From: the human T2T-CHM13v2.0 reference genome, Homo sapiens
Strand: one strand, 5' to 3'
Length of the DNA stretch: 64,000 nt
NCBI RefSeq assembly: GCF_009914755.1
Contig: NC_060927.1
Below are positions 12,145 through 26,800 of the stretch, piece by piece. Position 1 is the first letter of the stretch; each line of letters opens with the position of its first letter. Below the pieces are notes generated by a model. It did not search any database. It was not told the origin of the DNA and worked only from the letters and a program-made list of their open reading frames with translations. Made by a program: the position numbers and the translations under genes.

Positions 12145-12350
12145 ATAACTATTTATGGGATATTTACTATATGCTTTATATACATTATTGCTAATTGCAG
12201 CAACTCTCCAAGGTACATTTTATTCTCTCCACTTTGCAGTTAGGAAACCGAGGCTCAGAGCGGTTAGTTAACTTGCCTAAACATGTCCCTCCAGCAAATG
12301 GCAGGACCAAGATTTGAATCTAGATCGTGATTCAACTCCAGAGCCCACAT
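12145..12350 (-). mobile_element. MIR (carries a p53-like element)
   Basis: TTTGCAGTTAGGAAACCGAGGCTCAGAGCGGTTAGTTAACTTGCC ... GATTTGAATCTAGATC. Confidence 0.8.
12269..12288. promoter_or_regulatory. Candidate p53/p63 response element
   Basis: TAACTTGCCT AAACATGTCC: two RRRCWWGYYY half-sites with no spacer, 19/20 match; motif only. Confidence 0.5.
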
Positions 12351-12359
12351 TTCCTCGAC

Positions 12360-12510
12360 TGTCCACTAGCTGTGTCATCTGGGGCAAGTGACTTTTCAAT
12401 GCCTTAATTTCTCCATCTGTGCAAAGAAGGAAACAAAAGAACCTCACTCATAGGATCGTCATTTAGATTAAATGAAATAATTCATGTCAGACAATTAGCA
12501 CAGTAATATT
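12360..12510 (+). mobile_element. MIR
   Basis: CTAGCTGTGTCATCTGGGGCAAGTGACTT...CCATCTGTGCAAAG. Confidence 0.7.
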
Positions 12511-12537
12511 AAATATTATATTAGTTGTTTTTTATAC

Positions 12538-12760
12538 CTGGGCTTCCCAAATATGTCTTGGAAAACACTTGAGCCCTCTAAATAAAAAGGTTGCAAATTA
12601 TTTCAGCATGTGTGCAAATTCCGACTTACTCTCAGTGACTCTCAATGCTTATTAGCATATTAAAGACCCAGAGAAATTCCACAGTGAAGAATCCAGTTTA
12701 CCCCAAGCTGGAAGATATAATTTTTTAAACAAACCTCTTTATTTTCGCTTAACATTTTGG
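12538..12760. mobile_element. MER103-like DNA transposon relic
   Basis: CTTCCCAAATATGTCTTGGAAAACACT ... CTCAATGCTTATTAGCATATTAAAG. Confidence 0.5.
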
Positions 12761-13782
12761 TCCTACCCAAGAAGGAAAGGGGCCTTTTACGCCCAATTTG
12801 GAATGGAATTACTTTGATAATCTCACCCTTCGCTCGTGCTTGGAAAAGGCCCTACTAGAAGAACATACCATTAAGTACTTGCTTTGATACTGGCTGTTAA
12901 TCCCATGGCCCAGCTTGACATTGTCTCTTAGCAACGTCCTGTCCTTTTCCCCTTTTCATTCTTGTGCCTCTAACAACACTTCCTCTCCTCTGATTTCTCT
13001 TTGGCCTCCGGCTTTCAAGGCCCCTTAAGCCTCCTGTACACAGAGAGAAGCAGGAGCTGAAGGCCCCATGCACATATTTATGTTAATAGCACTGAGGGGA
13101 GGAACAGGCTGTTCTGGGGACTGCTTTCCAACTGTCACATAAATCAGTCAGAAAAAAAAGGTTACTACTTTCACAAAGACACTGCCAGCGTGGAGCAGCA
13201 GGTCTTGGCAATGCATTGCTCCCCCATTCCCCACCCCCTAAGCTGAGCTTCCGTCATGTCTCCCTCATTCTCGATTCTCCAGGCAGGAGGGGATGAAGGA
13301 TTTTGTAGACGCAGAGGATTTCCAAGTCAGAGGGGACCTCTGAGATCATCTAGTGCTAAATCAAATGGAAACTTCTAGTAAATATCTCTGCCTGGGTCCT
13401 TTCCCCAGAGATTCTGGAGCAGTTATTTGCAGTTATTTGGAAGTGGGGCACAGGAATTTTTTTTTTTAAGCTTTCCAGTTGATTCTAATGTACAGTAAGG
13501 ACTGGGAAGTACTGACGGACTCATATTCTTGTGGAGAGACTGAGGACCAGAGAATGTGAAACTTCCTTTAGATCACACAGACCGTTAGTGATAGGGTGGA
13601 GCCTTCATTCCCAGTGGTGTTTTCTTGCAAAATATTATGCTGCCACTAAGTCCTGGGGTAGAGACGCAGAAAGACCTAGACAGTGGTATTATTAGAGTTT
13701 TGCATCCCAATCACTTGGGAAGCTCTTTTAAATATGCCTTCACTTTCCTTATTTCCCTGGACCTACTGAGTCAGAATCTCTC

Positions 13783-14078
13783 TTTTTAAATACAGACAAG
13801 ATCTCACTGTGTTGCCCAGGCTGGAGTGCAGTGGCATGCCCATAGCTCACTGCAGCCTCCAACTCCTGAGCTCAAGTAATCTTCCTGTCCCCTCTTCCTG
13901 AGTAGCTGGGATTACAGGTGTGTGCCACCAAGGCCTGCTATTTAAAAAAAAAAAAAATTGTAGAGATAGGGTCTTGCTATGTTGCCCAGGCTGGTCTCAA
14001 ACCCCTAGCCTCAAGTGATCCTCCCCCTTCAGCCTCTCAAAGTACTGGGATTATAGGCAAGAGCCACTACCCTCGACC
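13783..14078 (-). mobile_element. AluJ inserted in a MER5-like element
   Basis: TSD TGA(G/A)TCAGAATCTCT at 13767 and 14079; J-type CATAGCTCACTGCAGCCTC. Confidence 0.92.
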
Positions 14079-14319
14079 TGAATCAGAATCTCTTGAAGGA
14101 ACCCTAGCATGCAGATTTTGCAGAAATCGTTGGTGTTAAATTTGACACATACTAACCTGATAGAAAGAACCACAGATTTGAATTAGAAAAACCAGCCTCC
14201 AAATTTGAAATCCATCAAATGCTAACTGTGGTTTTATGAACAAGTAATATGACTTCTCTAACCTTCAGTTTCTTTATCTGCAAAATGGGACTACACAGCT
14301 AACCCTCTTCACCCTTCAA

Positions 14320-14670
14320 TTTTATAATTAAAATGTTATTTCTTCTAAAAAGGCTTGACTGAGCTTTCAGACCAGTCGAGCCACCCACCCTCCCAGGATA
14401 CATTTTCAGAGAACACCTCATATACTCCTGCTTTGTGACAGTGATCACAATTCATTGATTAAGTAGTATGAGGCTTAATACAGGTTCTTTAATGAATACA
14501 TATCTAATTATGATTAAAGAGTTGTGCAACGGATTACTTGCTTTCTGTCTCCACTACTAAAGCTCAATAAGATAGGAAGTTGGGCTGTCCTGTTCATTGC
14601 AGTATCCACAGCACCTGGTGTGAAGCCGGCACTCCATAAATATTGGTTGAACAAATGGCTGAACAAATGA
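14320..14670 (+). mobile_element. L2 3' end
   Basis: CTGTTCATTGCAGTATCCACAGCACCTGG...CATAAATATTGGTTGAACAAATG. Confidence 0.65.
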
Positions 14671-14738
14671 CCAATATATGTAAAGCACCTGGCATGTAGT
14701 AAGTATGCAACACATGTTGCCTGTTATAATTATTTTCA

Positions 14739-15044
<306 letters not shown>

Positions 15045-16128
15045 TCAGAGAGGCCGGGTGTTTTACCCAAAGACACACAACAGAGCTGAAATTTGAACTT
15101 AGTCTACAGCACTTGTTTGTAATTCATTGTGTTTTTCTGCCTTAAAGTTTTTATATTAGGGGGCAGGATCGAGGAAGAAATTGCAGGCTCTCTCTGTCTC
15201 TGTCAGCTAGAATGAACTTGAGACCTGTCTGGCTCTTGCACACCCTCAGTCTCCACTGATGTAGTCCATGCACACACACACACACACATACATTTGCAGA
15301 CTAAGATGGTTGTTGGCCTTGTTCTACTCTTGAGAAAATTTTGGTTGATAAACTCCTTGAAGGCAGTCACCATGGTGTTGGCTTCCACTGCAAGATAGAG
15401 CCATAGGAGTCCTATGATTTGCTGATGATAAACTTCTGAGCAGTAACACTGTCTGGATCCCAGCACTAGTCAATCATGATGGGGCCAAATATCTGTGATA
15501 ATCTCTGGATTTCCTCATTGGCCATCATGCTGTCTGTGATTCTCAGGAAATGGGTGACTGGAGGGGCGCAGAAGGGAGGTGGAATTCACATTATTGGCTG
15601 CTTAACACACATTGGGGAAGGGAGTTCAGAATAAGACTAGGGGTGAATGTTTCTGGGAATGACTGGATGAGTGCTTGTGTGTCTACACTAGCATGAAAAT
15701 CAAGAAATATGAAAGTTTTCATTTTAATAGCTTTCATTTAGTTAGCAGTTATTAGGCCCCAGATGCTATTTCTAGTGCTTTACAGACATTATCTCATTTA
15801 GTTCTCTGGGCTCCAAGGGATTGAAATCATGGTGATCAGTATCATCAGGGGAGAAAAGTGAGGTGAAGAGTAATATGCCAAATGTTACAAACATCTGTAT
15901 GAGGCAAGACCGCATTGGAACCAGGTTTAATCAAAGATTTCAGAGCCTTCCTTAGCACATTCAAGTGGTATTTATTGGGCACCTTGTATGTACCATGTTT
16001 TGTTTTTTGGTTTTTTTTCCTTATTGCAAGGAATATATTACAAAGACGCATGTTCTTGTGGGACTTAGATTCTGTCAGGAGACAGGCCAAATCTAAGTTC
16101 TGTGATCTGTTAGAAAGTGATAGTGCTA

Positions 16129-16448
<320 letters not shown>

Positions 16449-16831
16449 CTATAGGGAAAAAAAAAGGGCAGTGCAAAAAGGATGGGGAGTGGGTGGGAGA
16501 CTGTGGACATGGCATCTGTGATGCAAGTTTCCAATTCAAACAAAGTGGTCTGAACAGGCCTTGATGATAAAGTCACATTTGCAGAAAGAAGGGAAGACTT
16601 GTAAGAGGTCTTTATGCTATGCTATGCCATGCCACGTTCGGGCTGCCTCCTTAAAATGATTGGATGGATGAGTGAGTGAATAAAACTACTATTGATTAAG
16701 CACCTACTATGTCTCAGGGGCTGTGCTAAGCACTTTATCCATAATTTCTAATTGAACCCTATAAGAATAAAGTAATCTTCATTTTTCAGATAAGGAAATT
16801 GAGACTCAGCAAGAATAAAAAAGATTGTCCA

Positions 16832-17137
16832 AGTTGGGCACAGTGGCTCATGCCTGTAATCCAGGCACTTTGGGAGGCTAAGGCAGGGGTATAATTTGAA
16901 GCCAGGAGTTTGAGACCAGCCTGGGTAACATAGCAAGACCCCATCTCTACAAAAAATTAAAATATTGGCCAAACATGCTGGCACGCACCTATAGTCCCAG
17001 CTATCCTGGAGGCCAAGGCAGGGCAATTGCTTGAGCCTAGCAGTTTGAGGTTGTGGTGAGCTATGACTGTGCCACTGCACCCAAGACTGGGTGACAGAGG
17101 GAGACTGTGTGTCTATAAAAATAATTTTTTAAAAAAC
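16832..17137 (+). mobile_element. AluJ inserted in an antisense MIR (MIR spans ~16685-17230)
   Basis: Diverged Alu; AGATTGT(C/T)CAA on both sides; MIR halves flank it. Confidence 0.9.
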
Positions 17138-20100
17138 TGAGATTGTTCAATATCAGTTAGTAAGTGATGGGACCAGGATTTAAACTCCATTCCTCCAGCT
17201 CCTTAGCCCCTGCCCTTTTGATGACCACAAAGCTTCCATTCTTTCTTGGACTGACAAAGAGTATGGGGAGGCTGAGGGCTGCTGAGTGGAGATGCACAGC
17301 CCCCAAGCCAACCCCAAAGGTATAGATTATGTTCCTTTCACCCTTGCACAAAGCCAGCCAGCCCTGACTTGAAGAAGTCACCCTGCATCACTCCCTGAGA
17401 CAAGGATGCTGAGTCTCGGTGCTCACACCTGTAGGCGGCCTGGTTGACCTGCTCAGTTTTCCCTGTGATGCATTCTGTCTTACACATCCTAAATTTTCTT
17501 TTACATGGCTTTGACATTTCTTTCTTTAGTGGTGATAGCAGACAGATGTGAAGATGCAGTTCCTAAGAGCTATACCATTCCAAATGTCAGAAAAATGCAA
17601 AGTTTCTGGAAGTTCATTGCCCTCAGCTCCCTAAGAGCGTTGCTCTTTCACCAAGGAATGGTGGAACCCCAGGTGCTAGAGGCTAAGCATCTTTCTAGCA
17701 CACTTTTGAAGGAACTGTTCATAAACTTGTTGGAGTCTCATTCTTGACTTGGCAAATGTGGCTCTCATCAGTGTTCTTCCCCAAGTCTGACCTCCTTTCC
17801 TCATTCTGCAATTCCTCCTTCTTGTGGACATTAGGAGCTCATCATCTAAGGGGACTTGCTGAATGCAGTTCTACTCAGCCTACACTTGTGTTATGTCTCC
17901 CTCCAGCTTCATGAGTGGTAAACTCATGAAAATATAATACAATATAAATATTGTAAGTAAATGACATCCACTTAGAAGTCTACAAGGAAAAGAGGTGGGT
18001 TGCTTGAGTGAATTTGGTCATTCAATAAAAGTCATACCAAGACATTTAGGCATGAATGTGAAATGACATGAGTACTTTGAAAGTTAGGAGCACCACAGAA
18101 ATATACTTTGGAAATAATGAAGCCGCAGCAGCTGGGAAGAAGGATGGTAGAATCCTCTCTGGGCAGCCCAGAGTTTCACAGTCTCGGTCCACCCTATGAC
18201 CCCAAGCCAAGCCCAAATGCATAGATTCTGTTCCTTGCACCCACTGTACATACATATATTAAATACTTATATAGCATGAGGACAGCTTGTATTTGTTAAA
18301 ACATTTTCATGTTTTGAAAGCACTGTTCACGGCCATTAATTTATTTAATCTCATTCAAGCATCAAAACAACCTAGTTAATGGGATGTGGTGATTTAAACC
18401 TCTATTTTGCAAACGAGGAGACAGAGACCACAGAAGCTCAGTAACTTGTCCAAGGTCAAAGCCAGAGAAGGATGAGAGCATGATTCATGTCCAAGTGTCC
18501 AGAGTCAAACTCCCATGTTTTTTCCCTGACAAGGAAAGGATGCTTGATACCAGATTCATTTATAGGTATAGGATGATCACACCCTACCCTACCTCTGTCT
18601 CTCTCCTGTTCCTATGTCTCTATTGTTCTCTTTCCTCTCTCTCAACTTCTTTTTTCTCTGTCTCACCTTGGATTTAAGTTTACTCCAAGGTGAATGTGCA
18701 GAAAAGCCTTATTATGTGATTATTTTACCTACAATGTGATCCTGTGACAGGGACCCCAAGAGTGACCTTGTAATGAGACCTTAATAAATTGCTCTGGAGT
18801 CCAGAGTTGGCTGCATGCTCCAGTGCCCTACAGCAGATAAAATCCTCACTAGGGGCAGCATGTATGATAGCATCCATGACGGTGTAGACTCACACACCGG
18901 GAGAGATGATCCAGGTTGCTTAGAGTCAAGGCCAAACCCCCAGACCTTTGGGGCCCTTCCTGGTCCCTCCTTTACATTCATCACACTTTGATGTATTTGC
19001 TTGTCCAGTGTCTGTCTCTCCATTAGATGGAGCAATATAGGGAAAGAACTATGTGTGCCCTGTTAACTGCTGGTCCCCTTGGTCTATAGCATTGTGTCAG
19101 TCATTGCCTAAGCCCTCACAAAGAGAGGGGGAATAACTGCATGAATGAATACATGAAGTATTGATGGAATAACAATAATTTCTCATGTCTCTCTTCTCAG
19201 AAACACTCACATTGTCCAATATTCTCATTGAAGATGCATCTTAACCTCTTTAGGATTTTCACAGGGAAGGAGTTCCACATGAACAGCCTGTTCTGGAATG
19301 AGTGGTGATGAGATGGGATGAGAGCATTTTCTCAGTGTTTCTCAAATGGTACCGTGCAGACCCTTGGGTATCAACTCAGCCCCATCACCAAAACCAATAG
19401 TGGTTGGAAACTCAAGGAACAGGAACTTTGGGGAAGCTGAGAAGAAGGGCAGCTGGGGCCTGACTTCATTCTCTCAGGATTCCCTTCCTGTGAGCCTCTG
19501 GTTATTCTATCCTGAATGCAAGGCAGATATGGAGAGGTTCTGAGTCAGGGCCCAGAATGTGAGGTTCTTATGAGACAATAAAAATTGGAATCAACTTCTG
19601 GCCTTGCTGGGTCTGTTATTGGAATTAAGCCCATCTTTTCTCATTTTATTTAAACTGAAGACACTTTCTGGCAAGGTGTTAGATTGCCATCAAAAATGTC
19701 AGCCAAGGGCTTATGAAGTCAAGGCCTGAGAAACTTGTATCAATTTATGCTCTGGGTAAAAATTCATATGAGATTTAGCAGCCTAGCAGGTTCATTTATT
19801 ATATACTCATTTGCATGTCCTAAACTAAAAACCTGCAAGGAGCTGTGTATAAGATTAACAAGAAAGGCCAAAGTGGCCTCTTCTATCCCAAGTAAGGATA
19901 AACTGATAGATGAACTGTGGAGGGCACACTAGAGTGATCTTCTTCCCTAGTATAAGAGCAGAAAAGAACTGAACATTTTCTGAGTTCCAATTCAAACCTT
20001 GATCAAAGATCCAATCAAAATGAACCTTACCAATAACAACGTGTATTGAATATTGAATATATACCAGGTTTTGTGCTAAGCACCTTTCGTTTATATTGAC

Positions 20101-20734
20101 CAATTAGTCTTCTCAATGATTTCATCAAGTGGGTTTTATTATTTGCTCTATTTGATAGAAAATGAAAGAGAGAAACAGAAGTTCCCAAACTTCATTCAAT
20201 ATGCCCAAGCTTGCAAACCAGCAAAGACCGGGATTAAAGGCTGGGCAGTTAGCCTCTGGAACATCTGCCCTTAATGTTGGTTAGGTAATGAATCCAACAT
20301 TCAGGAATATAATCAAAATGCTCATTGCAGGTTTTGTTGCAGTTTGAGACTCCTTATGGTGGCAGATAGTTAAACCTCATAGTACAACATTTTTTCTTCT
20401 TCTAGTTCCTGGTACAAAGAGAAAGCACTAGAATAATTAACTGGAAAATTCATTCTCCAAATGTTTTGCTTTGTACCAATAAATTGGATAGGTCAAGATG
20501 CCCTCCTGTCTGTCCCCTGGGATTTTGAAGAAATGTTTAAATCACTTTTGTATACTCATACCATTTGGGTGGAGAAAAATCTAGGGATTATCTAAGATTC
20601 TTAACAGCCGTGACAATCAGGATAAAGAACATGGCCATAAAGAGATACACTGATGGGGGAATGGCAGGCTTTACTTACTCCTATGCATTTGATCTTTGCA
20701 GCAAGCTTAAGTCAAACTTACACTTCATTCACTA

Positions 20735-21186
20735 ATATACAAAAAGATGCCCAACATCAGTAGTATGGAAGGGAATTAAAATTAAATGATGTTTTTTACA
20801 TATCATTTCGGCAAAAACTTCTGAGTTTTGATAATATCGATCATAGTGAAGGTGAGGAGAAACAGGTACTTCCATAGATTGCCAATGAAAGGATGAATTG
20901 GAATGCCTATTCTGGAAGGTGATTTGAAAGAATTAAAAATGTATACCACCTGTGAGCCAGCAATTCTAGTTCTTGCTGTCTACCACCAGGAAACACTTAT
21001 ATTCACAAGAGTGTTCACTGCAGCATAATTTATGGTGCCCAAAATTGGAAATCGCAGAAATGTAATATGTCCATACCATGGAATATTACACAGCTCACGA
21101 AAAGGTAAATTTCTATGACTGACAACAAATAAAATGCATAAGACATACTGTTAATTTAGAAAACCCATACAGCATGGCATCATCCA

Positions 21187-21217
<31 letters not shown>

Positions 21218-22270
21218 GATTGTATAGAAAAAACAGTGTGGAGGTACACAAAAGACTCAAAGATGAGACTACTTCTGGGGAAGTTCTAGGGATGGGGAGC
21301 AATAGCCAAGAGAACCACCCATCATTCAAAAAATATTATTTAGCATCTTCTCTGTCAGGCACTGATGCTACCCCTGTGATGAACAGACCAAAATCCTTGG
21401 GATCATGACGCCAATATTATAGTGTTAGTATTATTGTTAAGCATGTGTATGGAACAAGAATGAATTTATATATTAGTTGTAATTAAAAATAAATAAAAAT
21501 AAAAGCTAATAATGAAATCACTCACAATTTGAGATAAACAAAATGTCAACTGATTATTTTGGATTTTAAGAGTACTTGCAAATATTCCCAACCACAAATG
21601 TTATATTGGTGGCTGTCATGAGGCTACTGTAATTCCTCAAATGGTCCCCTTTGGATGGTTGGCACAGACAGAAATGCATGCAGGAACAGTCTCATACACC
21701 TCAAACACCTGCACACAATTTTGACAGTTGCTTCTATTAACATTTTTGGGGAGCATCATTAGACACAAAGTAGGAGTAAAACCCAATCCAATTATACATA
21801 TTTTCACAACAGATATGTACAGGAATAATCTTAGTGGCGCCATTAAGTGGCCTAAACTGAAAACTACCTAAATGTCCATCAGTGGTTGAAAAGATGAATA
21901 GTCTGCTATATTCACACAAAAGAATGACATACAGCAATGAAAAGCAATGCATTAAAATGAAATGTAATAATGGATGAATCTCATTGACAGTGGTGAATGA
22001 AGGAAGCCTGACTCAAGAGTAACACACTCTAATTCCATTTATTGAAAGTTCATTAAAAGGCAAAAATAACACATGATACTAGAAGGTGGAATAGTTGTTA
22101 CCCTTAGGAGGAAGCAGTAGCTTAGGTGCATTATAAAGGCTTTGTCAGGCTCAGGATTGTTCTGCTTCTTGATCTGGATGCTGGTTGCCTGGATGTGTTT
22201 ATGAATTGTGTTGAGTTTTACAGTTGCTACATGTAACTTTTTTGTAGGTATATCCTACTTGCATCACAAG
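20735..22270 (+). mobile_element. Old L1ME 3' fragments interrupted by (CA)n and other sequence
   Basis: CCAGCAATTCTAG, CATACCATGGAATATTACACAGC, AAATGTCCATCAGTGG, ATGGATGAATCTCA motifs of L1M 3' ends. Confidence 0.65.
21190..21217. repeat. (CA)n microsatellite, ~14 units
   Basis: Direct reading. Confidence 0.95.
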
Positions 22271-23803
22271 CTTAGGAAAATAAAAATAAAAACATAAAGC
22301 CCTGAAATCCAATTTGTATTTTGGAAACTCATCTTTGTCAAGTCACATGCCTTCTCTGGGCTTCAGTTTTACCATCCAAAAAATGGGAGAGAAATTTGTT
22401 AGCTGATCAGAAAGGGCTCTTCCAAATTTATGCCTCTGTGTCTCACCTCTTCCATTCTAATAATTCATTCCTGAAGGAATTAAAAAACCTAGAGAATGAG
22501 GCTTGTAGAAGGCTTATAACATCACATGTGTCCCATTTTCAAGGCATTTGTTATAAATTAAAGACACAATCAATGAGCAACGGAAATTATGTCTTTCCAG
22601 GAAAATACACATAGTTAATTCTTTCCCAAAGTGCTTGTAGGATAAGTAGGAATATGCCAAACGCTGCCTCTATCACAAGTCCTACAGTCATGCCAATCCA
22701 AACAGCCTGTGAGGGGAGAGTCAGCAATTTAGGAGGCAGGGCTGTTCCTGGGAGGAAGGAGGCAGCCACTATGCTCATGATTGACGACCTGTTTGCAAAG
22801 GCACTTCCTCTCTGAGGGGAGCTGGTTCATAATTTTCCTCTTACTGCTACTGGAAGTCCTTGAATGGCAATATCACAACTTGTACCCATTCACAACAGGA
22901 AAAGTTGACATTGGCAGATAATCTTGGCACATGAGGAGGAAAAGTCCAGTACTGACTGTCAGCTTCTGTATAAGAACCAGGAAGATAATTTCTATAGTGT
23001 ATACTATGATGTAATCATTACACTCGAGGTTGGCCTTCAGCCAGGGACTCTTTTCCTTGTTGTATCCAAGCCCCACTGATATTTGCAAGGCAGGGACCCC
23101 AAGGAAATCAACTCAAGGCCCTGAACAGACCCATTGTGTTAACTCTATTTAAGCCCACAGACATGGACTCTTGGGAGAGTGAAGCAGCCTCTGATGAGCA
23201 GGGGTGTTATCCTGACTGTTCAGAAAGCTGGGCCTCACGTGAAGGGCTGGTTCTCAGAGGAAAGCTCAAATTAGCAGCTGAAAATAACCAGACACAAAAT
23301 CTGATAGGGGTTCTCAGGTCATCTAGATCAGTTCTTTTCAAATGATCAGAGGCGAAGGACCAGTTTTGTTTCATTTTATTTGGTTATTTATTTGTAACGA
23401 TTCACAGGCCAATACATTTTTTTAAATTCAAGAAAATTGAATGATTACAAATGGAATAAAGAGACAAAATATAAGCCCCATTTTTTATTAGTTTCAACAG
23501 ACATTATTCTGTCCAGCGGCTATAAAAATTCAGAAATTGTCCTTGATCTAGGTGCTGGTTAAATAGATTTGTTTAACTTGTGAAAATCTGTGGAGCAGTA
23601 AGCAATGTCTGCAGGTACCCACTGTGAAACAGTGGTAGTCTGTGGATTTCAGGAGTGGTACTCATTGGAGATCTTCACACTCTGTCATGAGTACACTTTT
23701 TTGGGAATAACATAATGTTCAAAGTAGGGGAAAGGGTCAGTGGACAGATATTGTAATGAGGATGGGACCCAAGATAAGACAATGGAAAAACAGGTAGAAA
23801 AGT

Positions 23804-23851
23804 ATTAAAAGTAATGGCAAAAACCACGATTACTTTTGAACCAACCTAATA
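23804..23851. mobile_element. MADE1 (Hsmar1 MITE) half element
   Basis: ATTAAAAGTAATGGCAAAAACCACGATTACTTTTGAACCAACCTAATA matches one arm of MADE1. Confidence 0.85.
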
Positions 23852-26800
23852 AGAATCTCAGAAATCAAGACTTTAGTGAGGAAGCAATTTTTGATGATAA
23901 TGAAGGAACCTGCTGTTTTCAGAGGAGGGAGGTCGAGGGACATCAGTAAATAACCAGATTAATTACCTAGAATGAAGCACAGAGATCTCTGCTCACTGGG
24001 TTCAGCAAATCCATAGGCTAAACAACCAATAGGCAGTACATGAGATATTGAAGTTCTGGTTTAGGTCAGCCTGAGAACACCAGGCAGGTAACGCATTACT
24101 TCTTTCCACCCATTTCCTGCTCACAAATTGCAGATGGAAAACAGATTTTTACAAAATCAATTTTCTTGTTTTATCAAATACCAAATATAAAAGCTCATGT
24201 CCATATAATCACAGTTAATGATTCTCGAAAGCAAATTTAGAATTAGGGGCAATTACAACAAAACCTTAGCAGAGTAAGTTATAAAACAACTTATTTTCAG
24301 TTATAGGAATAATTTCCCACTGAAGGCAACTATTCTTTTTTTTTATTTTTTTAGTGTTTTTGGAAAAGGGACAAATTTAAGTAGGTAAGACAAAAAACTG
24401 AAATTCTACAAGCATTTTAGTTTCCAGTCCAAGACAGCTGTTGGGTGATATCACCCATTGTGAAAACAGCCATGCGTGGAGGGAATTGGCAGAAGAAAAG
24501 CAAGAACACTCGATATGGGGTGTGTAAACGTGCTTTCTCTGTCTCCTTTGATTTTCCTTATAGCTAGACCCACCTAAAAGTGAAGTTACATATGTGGATG
24601 TTTATATGAAGAATAAAGGACACAAGAAAGGATTCAAGAAATGAAAAACGGTGGAGGAAGATAAACATTTCAAGATTCAGATCACGTTGCTGCCCGAATT
24701 CAGAGTGTCTCTAAGGAAATAGCTAGAAGGGGTTTTCAACTCTCAGCTTCCTTCCAAGGAATAAAGAATTTGCTGTGAGCAAAAAAACTTGCCAAGAAAA
24801 TGCCAATTTGTGTCACACTAACATCTTTCTTAAGGCTGAACGTGGACTTCGGAAATGTGAACCTTTGGCTCTGGTGAACACAGTCAGCCTTGAGGGTTTG
24901 AAATTAGGTTCTTCAGAAGGACGGAAGGAAATCTGAGAGATCAACTTAGACACCCACTAATTAGAAAATGCACCGACACCAGAGACTTGTTTGCAATGAG
25001 TGGTGGGGTCAACCTTTCCATGGCACCTGACGTGAACTTAGAAAAATGGAATCCCTGAAAACGTTTGGAAATGATTTTATCGGAGACAGAGAGAGACAGC
25101 AACTGCTGGAGGGAGAAAGAGAGGACAAAAGGCAAACCAAAGTGAGATGCTGTAATCGAGAAGACTTGGCGAGAACAAATGGAAGAACGTTTGAACTTGC
25201 TTGTTGCAGACAAAACAACCTTCAAAGGCTACCTTTTTCCTATTTGATGGGGTAAAATTGCTTCCACCAATGCATTATACATATTTAAAACTCTCTTTCT
25301 GCATTTATAATCTTCATAAATGCAGCTTCCTCCAAACTTAGGTAATGAATGTAAGATGATGCTCCCTTGGGGGTTGTAAAGACAATCTAAGAACAAGTCA
25401 TTTCCGAGTAACAAACTTCACAGCTGGGGATACTTTCCATTGCATAAGGCACCTACCCCTAAAGCTTTCATTGTTTCACTCTTAGGCAGTTATGTCATTA
25501 TTTCACTTACCTCATTGGGGAAATCATTGTTTAACAACCAAATATAAATGGGGAAATAGTCTTCTACTTTATCTTCTCTAGGATAACAGCTTCCCTCCCC
25601 CACTTCCCTCCACAGAAGGATTAGTCCCAAATGGGTGATGAATTGCTCTAAACAGTCCAACAATCCCAGAGAGAGAAATGAGAAGAAAAATAACTAGCTG
25701 ATTACCAATAGGGAACAAATTGGCCACTTGAGAATTCAGTGGCTAGAATGACAAATGAGAAAATGAAAATCCTCATCAAGGGACTAGACTTGCTGATTAG
25801 TCCAAGTGCAGATGACCACTTCCCATGCCTCTCCTGCCCTGCTGTGCGATGATTTACATCTGATTGAACATTATTTTTTATTTGGGACCGGATTTCTAAA
25901 AGGGTGTTTGGAAAACTTTGAAGTACTTAATTATAACCAGGAGGCATTTGGGGGCTGAGCACTGAAATGGAAGATGCTCTGTGTTGGGCTTATGGAATGT
26001 TCATTTAGGGAAGAACCCATGTCTGCCTGGTTTGGTCTGGTTTTTCATTCCATCACCCCTTAAGGCAGCTTTCCAAGGTTTTCTGGACTCTGGAAGAAAA
26101 TAAAAATGAGAAGCGTATTCTTGGCCGAGGGATCCACATTGAAGGCAGACTCCAGGATTTCAACATGTGGATAGACTGGGCTTTCTGTTAATCATCAATT
26201 ACTAAAAATAGAAATAATCTGGGACTCCTTTGAAGGGAGACCATTTTTTATGAGACTTCATTTGAACCAATCTGTCAAGGGAAGTTGGGTATATAATGAA
26301 CAATAGACATTCTTAGTGGTGCTAAGTCATATATGCATGAAGAAATAAAACAGGACTGTCAACCATTATCCTCCAAGTGGACATAGTCACATGAGCTACA
26401 GGAATTATGAGGAAAAGGGGAGGTGGAGATTTTGAGTCAGGTGATCAGGATAGGATTCAGAGAGAAAGGGTAATAGGACTCAGGCCTTGAAGGAGGGATA
26501 GAGCTATAGTGATTTCTGGGTGGGAATCACTTGAATGAAGAATAGTACTGATTTTTTTTAAATGATTTGGTACAGAGTAGAATGTGTGTCTTAGGCAAAG
26601 CGTTTTTCAGTACAGGAATCTGGAAAGATGAGACAGAACATAAAATTTTACATGTATGAATGGGTCTTTAACACCAGGCAGAGAATTGGGTTTGATTCTA
26701 AAAGGACCAGAGGTACATTAAGGATTCTAAGGCAAGTTAGACTTGTTTTAGAGGTCTATTTTCCTCATCTGACAAAAAGAATCAGCAAAACAGCATTCTC

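Noticed and set aside
23804-23851. MADE1 as a miR-548-type hairpin
   Set aside because: Only one arm is present, so it cannot form the palindromic precursor
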